DNA of 64,000 nucleotides from Vulcanimicrobiota bacterium (GCA_050250895.1 JBFWNU010000001.1:1256008-1320007); one strand, 5' to 3'. Numbered from the stretch's first letter, positions 37,927 through 47,455 are shown. The notes: generated by a model not told the origin, from the sequence alone. A program made the numbers and translations.

Positions 37927-38721
37927 ATGGACGACATCGCCGAGGTCTGGCGAAAGTATAAAAAGACCGGCGATCCCATCCTTCAGGAAGAACTAGTCGT
38001 CCACTACCAGCCTCTGGTCAAGAAGCTCGCCCTGGGTGTGCTCCGCAAGCTCCGGGCCGGGACCGAGTTGGACGAGTTGGTGGCCGACGGGCTTTTTGGC
38101 CTGGTGCGGGCCATCGAAGGGTTCGAGCCTGAGCGGGGATACAAGTTCCAGACCTACGCCACCCCGGTGGTGCGCGGAGCCATTTACAATGGCTTGCGTC
38201 GGATGGATTGGTTGCCCGAGCGCACTCGCAGCAAGGCCCGGGCCTTTCAGAGGGCGGTCGACAAGCTGCAGCAAGTGAGCGGGCGGCCACCCACCGAAGA
38301 AGACATCGCCGAAGAGCTCAAGATGAGCGCCGAAGAGGTTTACGATTTGATCGCAAACCTGGGTTGCATGTACATGCTGTCGCTGGACCAGCCCATCGGT
38401 AGCGACGAGGGTGACGCGACCATGGGAGACCTGGTGGAGGACTCCGGCTCGATCAGTCCTGATGTCGAGGTGGAATTCTCAGAGGAGCGAGACCAGATGC
38501 GCGAGGCGCTGGCCAGCCTGCCCGAGCGCGAGAAGATTCTCATCGAGATGCATTACTTTGAGGGGGTTACCTTTGAGGCCATCTCGCGAATGTTCGATGT
38601 GTCCAAGCAGCGCATCAGCCAGATGCATCAACGGGCCGTCCGGCGCTTGCGCGAGGTGTTGAAAAAGGAAATGGGCGATGACGATATCTCGCCCAGCGCG
38701 ATGCACGATTTCACGGTTTAG
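37927..38721 (+). CDS. fliA: FliA/WhiG-family sigma-28 factor
   Basis: KFQTYA, RGAI, RRMDWLP, SLD, RISQMH. Confidence 0.88.
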   Translation: MDDIAEVWRKYKKTGDPILQEELVVHYQPLVKKLALGVLRKLRAGTELDELVADGLFGLVRAIEGFEPERGYKFQTYATPVVRGAIYNGLRRMDWLPERTRSKARAFQRAVDKLQQVSGRPPTEEDIAEELKMSAEEVYDLIANLGCMYMLSLDQPIGSDEGDATMGDLVEDSGSISPDVEVEFSEERDQMREALASLPEREKILIEMHYFEGVTFEAISRMFDVSKQRISQMHQRAVRRLREVLKKEMGDDDISPSAMHDFTV

Positions 38722-38757
38722 TGAAATAGGTAGCGCCTTTCTTCGACCAGGAGAGGT

Positions 38758-39261
38758 ATGCGCATTCACAATCTGTTTTTCGCTTCGATCCTGGTGGTGG
38801 TGGCTGCGGCTGCCCGTTGGTGGACCCTGGCCGAGTTGCCCCCCGAGCCCGCCCGGGGAGTCTTGCTCACCGAGATGCATGGGCGGGATCTGTTGGTGCG
38901 GCTCACCAATGTCGGGGGCGAGGCCTTGTCGGTGACCACCTGCGGCTACGGTGACCCGTGTGCGGCCGACATTTCGGTCGACTTCCACCGGCCCACGGGG
39001 GAGTGGATCCAGGTCGCTGGTCCACGCTGCGGTACTGGCTTGCGGATCGGGCAGTTGGTCGTCGGGCCGGGCCAATCGGTCGAGCGAATTTATCGAGGCT
39101 GGTCCGAGCAGCTGCCTGTGGCCACGGTGACGATCCTGGCACGGGGCGAGGAGGCGCCGCTCAGCTCAGGTCCAATCGCTATTCGCGTCAAGGAACGCGC
39201 GATTCCAGTCCACCCCGCTGATGACCCGAACAACACTTCGGTCGTGAGCCAGCACCGCTAG
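38758..39261 (+). CDS. Hypothetical exported protein
   Basis: AGGAGAGG RBS; N-terminal hydrophobic segment. Confidence 0.6.
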   Translation: MRIHNLFFASILVVVAAAARWWTLAELPPEPARGVLLTEMHGRDLLVRLTNVGGEALSVTTCGYGDPCAADISVDFHRPTGEWIQVAGPRCGTGLRIGQLVVGPGQSVERIYRGWSEQLPVATVTILARGEEAPLSSGPIAIRVKERAIPVHPADDPNNTSVVSQHR

Positions 39262-39342
39262 TTCTTCACCAGGCGCCCCTCTGTTCGCCAGGAGTTCTAG
39301 ACCTTGTCTAGAACGGGGGCTGGCCTTGAAGGAGTATGTTTG

Positions 39343-40446
39343 ATGTCGTCCAGTCGCTATAAACCGCCGAAAGATAAACGCAAAGAAACCAAGCTGCAGG
39401 AGGAGCGCGATAAAAACCGCGAGTTGACTCCGATCGAAAAGCGGCGGCAGTTGGTGATTCACACCGGGGTCTGGATCCTGGTGCTCGCGTTCATGATGAC
39501 CTCGGGCATCGTTTGCACCAATCTCGACCCCAAATCGCAGCCCGATCAACCGGTAGCCAACGGTGCGCCCGTCGATGAGGATACAGCCGGTATCGAGAAA
39601 TGGAAGGCCGAGGTCGATAAGAATCCCAAGGATGCGACCGCTCTGGCAAACCTGGGGTATTATTACATCCGTAAGGCCGCCAACTCCGAGGAGCCGGAGA
39701 AGGGCCAGCTGCTCGGCCAGGCTCAAGAGACCCTCAACCAGGCTATCGAGGCCGACCCCAACTATTCTTTTGCTTATCAGCAGTTGGGCGAGTCGTTGGT
39801 GCTCAGCGAGAAGAACGACGAGGCCCGTGAGGTTTACAAGAAGGCCATCGAGTTGGCTGAACTGCCCGGCAAGGACGAGTCAGAACAGGCCGCTCGCGAT
39901 GCCCAGAAGGTGCAGGCTCTGCTCAGTCTGGCCCGGCTCGAGTTCACCCAGGACGACCTGGAAGCCGCCCTGACTCATCTCGACGAGGTGGTCAAGGTCA
40001 AGCCGGGTGAGGGCAAGGCGTATCTCGCTCGGGCTACCATTTATCGCAAGATGGGTAGGGAGCAGGCGGCCATCACCGAGCTTCGCACTGCATTCGACAT
40101 CGCCCAGGCTACCCGGGATCAAGAGTTGCTGCTGGTTTCGCAGGCGATGCTCGAGAGCATGCTGCCCAAGGATGCTCCCACTCCTGGGGTCGAAGAAAGT
40201 CCCGGCGTTCCAGCGACTCCCGCGCCCGAGACGACTCCCGCTCCGGTCTCGACGCCCAGTCCCGTCTCGGAAACCCCGGCCCCAGTAACCACGCCCAGTC
40301 CCGTGTCGGCTACGCCAGCCCCGGTGGCTACGCCAGCCCCGGTGGCCACGCCCAGCCCCGCGTCGGCTACGCCAGCCCCGTTAGCAACGCCGGCGTCGAC
40401 GCCGAGTCCAATTCCGGCTACTCCGACTCCGTCAGTGACGCCATAG
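39343..40446 (+). CDS. Membrane-anchored TPR protein with Pro/Thr-rich tail
   Basis: One TM helix; ALANLG, AYQQLG, AYLARA TPR patterns. Confidence 0.82.
   Translation: MSSSRYKPPKDKRKETKLQEERDKNRELTPIEKRRQLVIHTGVWILVLAFMMTSGIVCTNLDPKSQPDQPVANGAPVDEDTAGIEKWKAEVDKNPKDATALANLGYYYIRKAANSEEPEKGQLLGQAQETLNQAIEADPNYSFAYQQLGESLVLSEKNDEAREVYKKAIELAELPGKDESEQAARDAQKVQALLSLARLEFTQDDLEAALTHLDEVVKVKPGEGKAYLARATIYRKMGREQAAITELRTAFDIAQATRDQELLLVSQAMLESMLPKDAPTPGVEESPGVPATPAPETTPAPVSTPSPVSETPAPVTTPSPVSATPAPVATPAPVATPSPASATPAPLATPASTPSPIPATPTPSVTP
40215..40443 (+). repeat. Degenerate 18-bp coding repeat (TP[A/S]P[V/A]x units)
   Basis: About a dozen hexapeptide units at the C-terminus of the TPR protein. Confidence 0.7.
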
Positions 40447-40771
40447 AGGCGCCGATTAGCTGGGCGATGACCTGACCCCACTGTTCGACCACCGAAGGAA
40501 GAGCTCGCCGAACCTCGGCGAGCTCGTCTTCTGTGTTGGCGTTTTCCAGGTTCGAGAGCAGGCTCTCGAGTTGTTGCGTGCTGGCCAGATAGGTGGCCAA
40601 CATGCCGCGGTCCGGGCAGTGCTCGACAAAAATCTCGACGAGTTCGACCCAGTCGCTGACGGCCGCCACCAGGGCGGCTCCGATCTCTTCGGTTCGCTCG
40701 CTTTGAGCTCGGCTGGCCAATTGGTCCATGCGGACGCTCGCCTGATGGAGCTTGGCCAGGATCTCTTCCAT
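40418..40771 (-). CDS. Small helical hypothetical protein
   Basis: Start overlaps CBS stop (TGATG coupling). Confidence 0.65.
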   Translation of the reverse strand: MEEILAKLHQASVRMDQLASRAQSERTEEIGAALVAAVSDWVELVEIFVEHCPDRGMLATYLASTQQLESLLSNLENANTEDELAEVRRALPSVVEQWGQVIAQLIGASMASLTESE

Positions 40772-42150
40772 CAGTTCTTGGAGTGAACCGCTACGTTCTG
40801 CCGACTGAAGTGGTCGATGAGGTCGATCTTGGTGACGATGCCGCAGGGGTTGGCCTGCTCGTCGAGCACTAACACCGCCGGGCGACCTTCCAGCAATAGC
40901 TGATAGACCGAGGCCACCTTGGTCTCGGCCGAGATGGTGGGCAGCGCCTCGCTCATCAGTTCGCGCACTTGCTTTTGCAGCGAGCCGCTGTCTTCGAAGA
41001 TGCGGTTCATCAGCACGGTTTCTTGCAGCGAGCCGACCATGTGGCCGTCGTCCATCACCGGGAGCTGCGAGATGTTGTAGGTGCGCATCAGTTCGACCGC
41101 CCGGGGAACGGTGTCGTTGGCCTGGACGGTGACCACGCTCTTGGATTCGTCGCCCTTCTTGCCCAGTAGCTCGGACACCGAGATCGACGCGCTACGGGGA
41201 TCCCAGAAGCCGTTCTCTTTCATGTACTCGTCCGAGAAGAACTTGGACAAATAGTTGCGGCCGGTGTCGGGCAAAATTACGACCACAGTCTTGCTCTCGT
41301 CGAGGTGGCGAGCGTACTGCAGGGCGCCAAAGACGGCTGCTCCGCAGGAGCCGCCGCAGAGGATGCCCTCTTCGCGGGCCAGGGCACGGGCTGTCACGAA
41401 GGAGTCGCGGTCGGAGACCATCACCATTTCGTCGACGATATCCAGGTCCATGGTTTCGGGAATGAAATCCTCGCCGATGCCCTCTACCTTATAGGGACGG
41501 ATTTTATCGCTGGTATAGAGCGAGCCCTCCGAGTCGACCCCAACGATGGTGATGTTGGGGTTCATCTTCTTGAGGTAGCGTCCGCAGCCCGAAATCGTAC
41601 CCCCCGTGCCCATGCCGGCCACGAAGACATCGAGCTTGCCCTTGGTTTGCTCCCAGAGTTCGGGGCCGGTCCACTCGTAGTGGGTGTCCGGATTGACCGG
41701 GTTGGCGTACTGGTTGGGCTGGAAGGCGTTCGGGATCTCGCGCGAGAGACGCTCAGAGACCGAGTAGTACGACTCCGGCGATTCTTTCGGCACGGCCGTG
41801 GGGCAGATCACGACTTCGGCACCATAGGCTTTGAGCAGCCGAACCTTGTCGGCACTCATCTTGTCGGGCATCACGAAGACGCAGCGATAACCCTTGAGGG
41901 CGGCCGCCTGGGCCAATCCCACGCCGGTGTTGCCCGAAGTCGGCTCGATGATGGTGCCGCCCTTTTTTAGCTGGCCGGACCTTTCGGCCGCCTCGAGCAT
42001 CCTCAAGCCGATGCGGTCCTTGATGCTGCCGCCCGGGTTGAGAAATTCGGCCTTGACCAGGACCTTGGCGCGGACGCCGACGTTCACCCGGTTGAGTTGA
42101 ATAAGTGGCGTGTTGCCTACCAAAGACAGAATATTAGGGCTGTACTGCAT
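40771..42150 (-). CDS. cbs: Cystathionine beta-synthase with C-terminal CBS pair
   Basis: NPGGSIKDR, PTSGNTG, GMGTGGT, VEGIGEDF, YLSKFF plus CBS domains. Confidence 0.9.
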   Translation of the reverse strand: MQYSPNILSLVGNTPLIQLNRVNVGVRAKVLVKAEFLNPGGSIKDRIGLRMLEAAERSGQLKKGGTIIEPTSGNTGVGLAQAAALKGYRCVFVMPDKMSADKVRLLKAYGAEVVICPTAVPKESPESYYSVSERLSREIPNAFQPNQYANPVNPDTHYEWTGPELWEQTKGKLDVFVAGMGTGGTISGCGRYLKKMNPNITIVGVDSEGSLYTSDKIRPYKVEGIGEDFIPETMDLDIVDEMVMVSDRDSFVTARALAREEGILCGGSCGAAVFGALQYARHLDESKTVVVILPDTGRNYLSKFFSDEYMKENGFWDPRSASISVSELLGKKGDESKSVVTVQANDTVPRAVELMRTYNISQLPVMDDGHMVGSLQETVLMNRIFEDSGSLQKQVRELMSEALPTISAETKVASVYQLLLEGRPAVLVLDEQANPCGIVTKIDLIDHFSRQNVAVHSKN

Positions 42151-42310
42151 GCGTTCACTTCCAAAGGAATCAGGGGTTTCGCGGCGCTGCTTCTGGTGGC
42201 GGCGAGCAATTCCTTCTCTCCCCATGCTTGTTCCCCAGTTTACACGCTCGCAACACTCCTTTAGAGGCCGCTCGGGATAATCATGGCGTTGTGGATTGGA
42301 GGACGCCTTT

Positions 42311-43594
42311 GTGACCCTATCGGTAAAGATACGCTGCCAGTTGTTTCGTCTGGCGGTGGTGGCGCTGGCCCTCCTGTTCTTCGTGAGCTTGACCAGAACG
42401 CCGGCTGGCGGGTTGTTGCCGTGGGGCTCTCCCTGGTGGGGACTTGCTTTCTTTCTTGGTCTGGCGGCTCTGGCCGAGCGGCGCCCTCTGTTGCTCCCTC
42501 GCTATGGTGCTATGAGCCTGGCTGGTCCGGCCGCTTTTGCGGTGATGATTCTCTACGGACCTCTAGCCACCGTCTGTCTGACCCTCACGGCCGGGCTGTC
42601 CCGCTTTCTGCGCGAGTCCCGAGAGCGCGAGCTCGAGGCGGCTTTTATGGCGTATTCTCTGGCCCAGGGCCTGCTCAGCTATGGATTGGGGGCCAGCCTG
42701 TTTGCCGAATACGGCCATCGGGCCGGCTGGCTATTGGCGGTGGTGAGCATGGCTGTGGCGGTAGTGGCCACTTTCCTGATTCAGAGTCAACTGGTGGCCG
42801 TCCATCAGTGGCTCGAGCAGGGTATGGTGGGTTTACGCAGTGGCCGGGTAAATTGGGAGCGTCTGCGGCTCTATCTGGTGGCGGTGGCTCCTCTGGGCGC
42901 TTTGCTAGCGGTCTCGATGATGATCAATCCGGCCGCTCTGGCCTTGACTCTGGCTCCACTGATAGTCACCTATCTCAGTATCAAGAACTACACCGATACC
43001 CTGCGTGAAGCGCGCGAGGTGGTCGAAAGTCTGGTCGAGGCGGTGGAACGGCGCGAGCCCCACATGGTGGGCCACGCTCGGCGGGTAGCTGACTATGCGG
43101 CCGACATTGCTCGCCAACTCGGCCTCAAAGAGCCGCAGGTGGCTCGGGTGGCCACCGCCGGTCGAATGCACGACCTGGGCAAGATTGGCATTGACGAGAG
43201 TATTCTGGCCAAGCGCGAGGCTCTCAGTCGGGAAGAGCTCGACCTGGTGCGATGTCATCCCGAAATTGGAGCTCAGGTGGCTGCCCGGTTGAGCCTGTCG
43301 CGGGAAGAGGCCGAGTTCATTCGCTATCACCACGAGTGGTATGACGGAGGTGGCTACCCGTATGGCCTCCGAGGTCAGGCCATTCCGCTGGGAGCCCGTA
43401 TTCTGGCCGTAGCCGAGGCTTTCGACACCATGATGACCAACACCGTTTATGCCTGCCAGCGCACGGCCACCGACGCTCTCGAGGCTCTGCGCGAGGGTCG
43501 GGGAACCCAGTTTGATCCCGAAGTTGTCGACGCGTTAACAGAAGCGTTGAACAAGCGGCGCAAGTTTTCATTACCATCAAGTACGTGCGCATAG
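42311..43594 (+). CDS. Multi-TM HD-GYP domain protein 1
   Basis: GGAGG RBS then GTG; HDLGK, HHEWYDGGGYP. Confidence 0.87.
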   Translation: MTLSVKIRCQLFRLAVVALALLFFVSLTRTPAGGLLPWGSPWWGLAFFLGLAALAERRPLLLPRYGAMSLAGPAAFAVMILYGPLATVCLTLTAGLSRFLRESRERELEAAFMAYSLAQGLLSYGLGASLFAEYGHRAGWLLAVVSMAVAVVATFLIQSQLVAVHQWLEQGMVGLRSGRVNWERLRLYLVAVAPLGALLAVSMMINPAALALTLAPLIVTYLSIKNYTDTLREAREVVESLVEAVERREPHMVGHARRVADYAADIARQLGLKEPQVARVATAGRMHDLGKIGIDESILAKREALSREELDLVRCHPEIGAQVAARLSLSREEAEFIRYHHEWYDGGGYPYGLRGQAIPLGARILAVAEAFDTMMTNTVYACQRTATDALEALREGRGTQFDPEVVDALTEALNKRRKFSLPSSTCA

Positions 43595-43624
43595 CTTTTG
43601 CGCAGGTATGTGGAGGACTTAAAG

Positions 43625-43897
43625 ATGCTGATTTCCAACCATTGCGGGTTCCATATCGCCGGCCAGGCCCCCCGGGCCGCCAGCGGCGAGCCGCCCCGCC
43701 CCAAAGCTGATGAAGAAGAGCCCTTGATCATCGTCGACGACGACGACGATCAGGATGTGCCCCCCGCCGAAGAATCCGAGCCCTTTTACGAAGTCGAGGG
43801 GCCGGGTGCCGGTGGCGGTTATGTGACCGTGCCTCAGACCGACACGGTCGAGATCAGCCGGGCTGGACGGGAAGGCTCTAAGAAGGGTGAAAAGTAA
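43625..43897 (+). CDS. Small acidic hypothetical protein (90 aa)
   Basis: GGAGG RBS then ATG 43625; stop overlaps next gene start region. Confidence 0.6.
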   Translation: MLISNHCGFHIAGQAPRAASGEPPRPKADEEEPLIIVDDDDDQDVPPAEESEPFYEVEGPGAGGGYVTVPQTDTVEISRAGREGSKKGEK

Positions 43898-45263
43898 CCG
43901 CTTAGAGCTGGCCTGGTCATGGCTGCTACTGGTCGGGTTCGTGACCGTGGGCGGGGCCGCCGCCCTTGGTGCCCGAGGCTTCTCGGGCTCCTGGCTGCTG
44001 GTAGCCGGTTTGGGTCTGCTGATATGGTTTGGCCTTTCGCGCGAGGTGCGTCTGAGCACCGACGAGATCCACGCCGTCTACACCCTGGACGACGTGCCCG
44101 TATTTGCGCTCATCTTTGTGGCCGGCTGGGCCCCTGCCACGTTGGTGGTGGGAGTGGTGCGCCTCGCCTTCGAGGCCTTTCGCGTGTTGCGGGGGTTGTG
44201 GCGTCACCCCGACCGGGTCACCAGCGAGAACGTTCGCTTTCATTTTGGTGATGTCGCTCTGGTGGTGCTGAGCACGGCCGCCGCCGGGTCCGTCTATGAC
44301 CGACTCGACCAGGGCGGGGCTCTGCTGGTGTCGGGGCTCAACCTGTTGGCCGTGGTAGCCTGCGCCCTCACCTGGTTTTTGCTGGCCTTTGCTCTCAATG
44401 CCGTGCACGTGGCCGTGCGGCGCGGCGAGTTGGAAGCCATTCCGCAGTTGTTTCGCGGCAACCTCAGCAGCGTTCGGTTTTCCGTGCTGATGCTCTTGCC
44501 GCTCGGGGTGCTGATGGCCATCTTCGCTCAGCAGGCCCCTGAAGCGGTGGTGTTGCTGGTGGTTCCGGTGGCCATGGTGCATAACGCCCTCGAGGCTCGC
44601 CGCAAGCTCATTCACGAGTCACGCAACACCATCCTGGCTCTGGCTCAGTATCTGGAAGAGCGCGACCCGTACACTCTGGGACACTCGCAACGAGTGGCCG
44701 GCTTTTCGGCCGCTGTGGCCGAGGTTCTCGGCCTGTCGATGTCTCAGGTGGCGCTGGTTCGGCGGGCTGGACTGATTCACGATCTAGGCAAGATCGACGT
44801 TCCTGATTCTATTCTGCGAAAGCCGGGTCACCTGACCGAGGACGAACGCACCATCATGCGGACCCACACCGATCGGGCCGTCGACCTGGGTCAGCGCCTG
44901 GTGGCTCTGCGCCGTGGTCTTCCGTTTGATCTGGCCGCCTATCATCATGAGTGTTACGACGGCACCGGTCACTTCGGCTTGCGGGCCGACGAGATCCCTT
45001 TGGCGTCCAGAATTCTGGCCGTGGCCGATACCTATGACGCCATGACCTCGGACCGCCCCTATCGTCGGGGAATGGCCGAGACCGACGCGCTGTTGCGCTT
45101 GCAGAAGGCGCGTGGCACGCAGTTGGACCCGGCTCTGGTGGACGCCTTTATGGTGGCCTACAACCGCGGGTCTATCGAAGCCGTGAAGGCCGAGTGGCGC
45201 TCGGCTCGCGCCCGGCGAGACGAGGTTGCGCGGGGCACTCCGATTGCGGCTTGTCAACCCTAG
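43887..45263 (+). CDS. Multi-TM HD-GYP domain protein 2
   Basis: RDPYTLGHSQRV, HDLGK, HHECYDG, ADTYDAMTSDRPYR. Confidence 0.87.
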   Translation: MKSNRLELAWSWLLLVGFVTVGGAAALGARGFSGSWLLVAGLGLLIWFGLSREVRLSTDEIHAVYTLDDVPVFALIFVAGWAPATLVVGVVRLAFEAFRVLRGLWRHPDRVTSENVRFHFGDVALVVLSTAAAGSVYDRLDQGGALLVSGLNLLAVVACALTWFLLAFALNAVHVAVRRGELEAIPQLFRGNLSSVRFSVLMLLPLGVLMAIFAQQAPEAVVLLVVPVAMVHNALEARRKLIHESRNTILALAQYLEERDPYTLGHSQRVAGFSAAVAEVLGLSMSQVALVRRAGLIHDLGKIDVPDSILRKPGHLTEDERTIMRTHTDRAVDLGQRLVALRRGLPFDLAAYHHECYDGTGHFGLRADEIPLASRILAVADTYDAMTSDRPYRRGMAETDALLRLQKARGTQLDPALVDAFMVAYNRGSIEAVKAEWRSARARRDEVARGTPIAACQP

Positions 45264-45279
45264 GGGACTGTGCTAGAAT
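45251..45279 (+). promoter_or_regulatory. Sigma-70-type promoter of tRNA/tadA/SRP block
   Basis: TTGTCA-N17-TAGAAT with extended TG. Confidence 0.75.
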
Positions 45280-45294
45280 GCCCTTCGAAAGTAC

Positions 45295-45370
45295 GCGCCG
45301 GTAGCTCAACGGATAGAGTGTCGGCCTCCGGAGCCGAAGGTTACAGGTTCGAGTCCTGTTCGGCGCGCCA
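45295..45370 (+). tRNA. tRNA-Arg(CCG)
   Basis: Cloverleaf; anticodon arm TCGGC-CT-CCG-GA-GCCGA; TTCGA loop; encoded CCA. Confidence 0.96.
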
Positions 45371-45435
45371 GGTTTTAGACTTCCAGAGGAGGATGAGAAA
45401 ACAAAATAGATCCTACACCTGCAGAGCTGCATTGG

Positions 45436-45873
45436 ATGGGATTAGCGCTAGAGCAGGCTCACAAAGCTAGAGAGCTTGGTGAGGTCCCCGTCGGTGCCGT
45501 GGCGGTTCGCAACCAGACGCTCATCGCCACCGGACACAACCAGCGCCGCGACCATCAGGACCTGCTCGGTCACGCCGAGATGATCGTGATGCGTCGAGCC
45601 GCCCGCAAACTGGGCGATTGGCGGCTGGAAGGGGTGACCTTGTATGTGACTCTCGAGCCGTGTCCGATGTGCTCGGGAACAATGCTGCAGGCTCGCGTCG
45701 AGACGCTCTATTTCGGGGCTGACAATCGTCGCGAGGGTTGCGCCGGGTCGCTGGTAAATCTGGTCGATTATCCCGGGATGGCACATCAGATTCGCGTCTA
45801 TGGCGGTTTGATGGCTCAGCAGTGTGGACAAATACTGGAAGAATTTTTTCAACATAAACGGAGAGGTGGCTGA
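45436..45873 (+). CDS. tadA: tRNA adenosine(34) deaminase (true start probably a little upstream)
   Basis: GEVPVGA, HAE, LYVTLEPCPMC, FF. Confidence 0.9.
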   Translation: MGLALEQAHKARELGEVPVGAVAVRNQTLIATGHNQRRDHQDLLGHAEMIVMRRAARKLGDWRLEGVTLYVTLEPCPMCSGTMLQARVETLYFGADNRREGCAGSLVNLVDYPGMAHQIRVYGGLMAQQCGQILEEFFQHKRRGG

Positions 45874-45956
45874 GTCCGGTTGAAAGCGCTCGACTCGAAA
45901 TCGAGTAGGGGGGTTAATAGCTTCCCTCGGGGGTTCGAATCCCTCCCTCTCCGCCA
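45860..45956 (+). tRNA. tRNA-Ser(CGA)
   Basis: CTCGA-CT-CGA-AA-TCGAG anticodon arm; long variable arm; CCA. Confidence 0.95.
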
Positions 45957-45966
45957 TTCACTTTTA

Positions 45967-46063
45967 GGAGAGGTGGCTGAGTCTGGTTGAAGGCGCACGA
46001 TTGGAAATCGTGTAGGTGGGCGTTGAACCTGCCTCGAGGGTTCGAATCCCTCCCTCTCCGCCA
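45967..46063 (+). tRNA. tRNA-Ser(GGA)
   Basis: CACGA-TT-GGA-AA-TCGTG anticodon arm; long variable arm; CCA. Confidence 0.95.
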
Positions 46064-46075
46064 GTTTTATTCTTT

Positions 46076-46342
46076 CCGGTGCTAGGTGGGGAGTTAGCGG
46101 TGCCCTGTAACCCGCAATCCGCTTTAGCGGGGCTGAATTCCCTCCGGAGGCGGACCTGAGTCGGTCTGCCCGAGCGGTCCTGTTGTTGAAATCTGGGCCC
46201 CGCTCAATCGGACGCCCGTGAACCCGGTCAGGCGCTGACGCGAGCAGCCGTAAGCGGGAGGTTTGATGTGAAGCGGGATAACCTGGATGGAGGCAGGGCT
46301 TTCGGTAACGTGGCTCTGGTGCGTCGATGGCGGGTGCACCGG
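46076..46342 (+). ncRNA. ffs: Large (Bacillus-type, Alu-containing) SRP RNA
   Basis: 5' GTGCTAGGTGGGGAGTTAGCGGTGCCCTGTAAC resembles Bacillus scRNA; TCAGG...AGCAGC helix 8; terminal pairing CCGGTGC/GCACCGG; T-tract after. Confidence 0.92.
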
Positions 46343-46486
46343 TTTATTTTTTAATGGGGGGCTACAGGCGAAAAAATGTTCGAAAGGGGTTGCTCTTCCT
46401 TCGTGGAATGGGCCGGCCCGATCGCCTGGCTGACATCAGCGGTCTGCTCTTGCAGCGCCAGAACAGATGGGGAAGGAAACAACTCC

Positions 46487-47455
46487 ATGAGCCCGGATGA
46501 AATCAAAAATAGACAGAGTCTCATCGTTAAGTTCGTCTATGGCGGACGCGGCGGACTCTCGTTCAAAGTTACTCCCATGATGGTGATTCTCGGCATCGTC
46601 CTGGCGGTCGGTGCCGTTCGCCTGACCGTCTATGGCTTGAGCCGCTATCAGGCTGACCAGCGCGCCCGAATCGCCGAACTCGAAGAGCAGAATCAGCGAC
46701 TCCAGTCTTTCATCGCCGAAAAAGAGCGCGAAAAGAATCAGATGGTGGCGCTGGCTGACGCCCGTTCGAAAGAACTCTGGAAAGAACTCGAGAGCCGTGA
46801 CCGGCAGTTGGAACAGCTGTGGGATCTGGTCGGCAGCAAGCCCGCCGTTTCCAGTCGCCGACGCTCGCTCGAGGGCTCCCGCGGGGGGCGACGCGACAGT
46901 TTGGCGGTGAAGTTGCGCTACCGCGAGCTGTATTCCGAACTCGACGACCGAGAAGGCGAGCTGCGCCAACTCGAGGTGGCCGCGGCTGGCTATCATCGCG
47001 AGCAGTTGCGCCAGGCCCGCCTGGCCCGTCTCAACTCCACCCCCTCGATATGGCCAAGCGAGGGTCGTTTCAGCTCTGGCTTCGGAAGTCGCTATCACCC
47101 CATCTATGGATATTCCAAGTTTCACAACGGGGTCGACATCACGGCTCCGTGGGGTACCCCGATTCGGGCCACCGCCGCTGGCAAAGTGGTGGCAGCCGAG
47201 TACCAGTCAGGCTACGGCAATGCTGTCGAAATCGAGCATACCAGGCGGCTCAAGACTCTCTATGGGCATTGCTCGAGTTTTGTGGTGAGTGAGGGTCAGA
47301 TGGTCCAGAAGGGCCAGATCATCGCCTATGTGGGCAGCACGGGTCTGTCAACGGGTCCTCATGTTCACTATGAGGTCTCGGTCGATGGCAAGCAAGTCGA
47401 TCCCGTCCCCTACATGGACAAGAAGGACCTGACCGCGTCGGCAGCCAACAACTAA
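46487..47455 (+). CDS. M23-family metallopeptidase with TM and coiled coil
   Basis: HNGVD, YGH, STGPHVHYE. Confidence 0.9.
   Translation: MSPDEIKNRQSLIVKFVYGGRGGLSFKVTPMMVILGIVLAVGAVRLTVYGLSRYQADQRARIAELEEQNQRLQSFIAEKEREKNQMVALADARSKELWKELESRDRQLEQLWDLVGSKPAVSSRRRSLEGSRGGRRDSLAVKLRYRELYSELDDREGELRQLEVAAAGYHREQLRQARLARLNSTPSIWPSEGRFSSGFGSRYHPIYGYSKFHNGVDITAPWGTPIRATAAGKVVAAEYQSGYGNAVEIEHTRRLKTLYGHCSSFVVSEGQMVQKGQIIAYVGSTGLSTGPHVHYEVSVDGKQVDPVPYMDKKDLTASAANN

Noticed and set aside
43625-43897. FlgM anti-sigma factor (DTVEIS motif)
   Set aside because: Ends shortly after the motif and lacks the C-terminal sigma-binding helices
45860-46063. 97-nt tRNAs as tRNA-Sec
   Set aside because: Anticodons are CGA and GGA with 7-bp acceptor stems; length is due to Ser variable arms
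45295-46342. Integrative element at tRNA genes
   Set aside because: No integrase or duplicated tRNA 3' end seen; flanks are housekeeping
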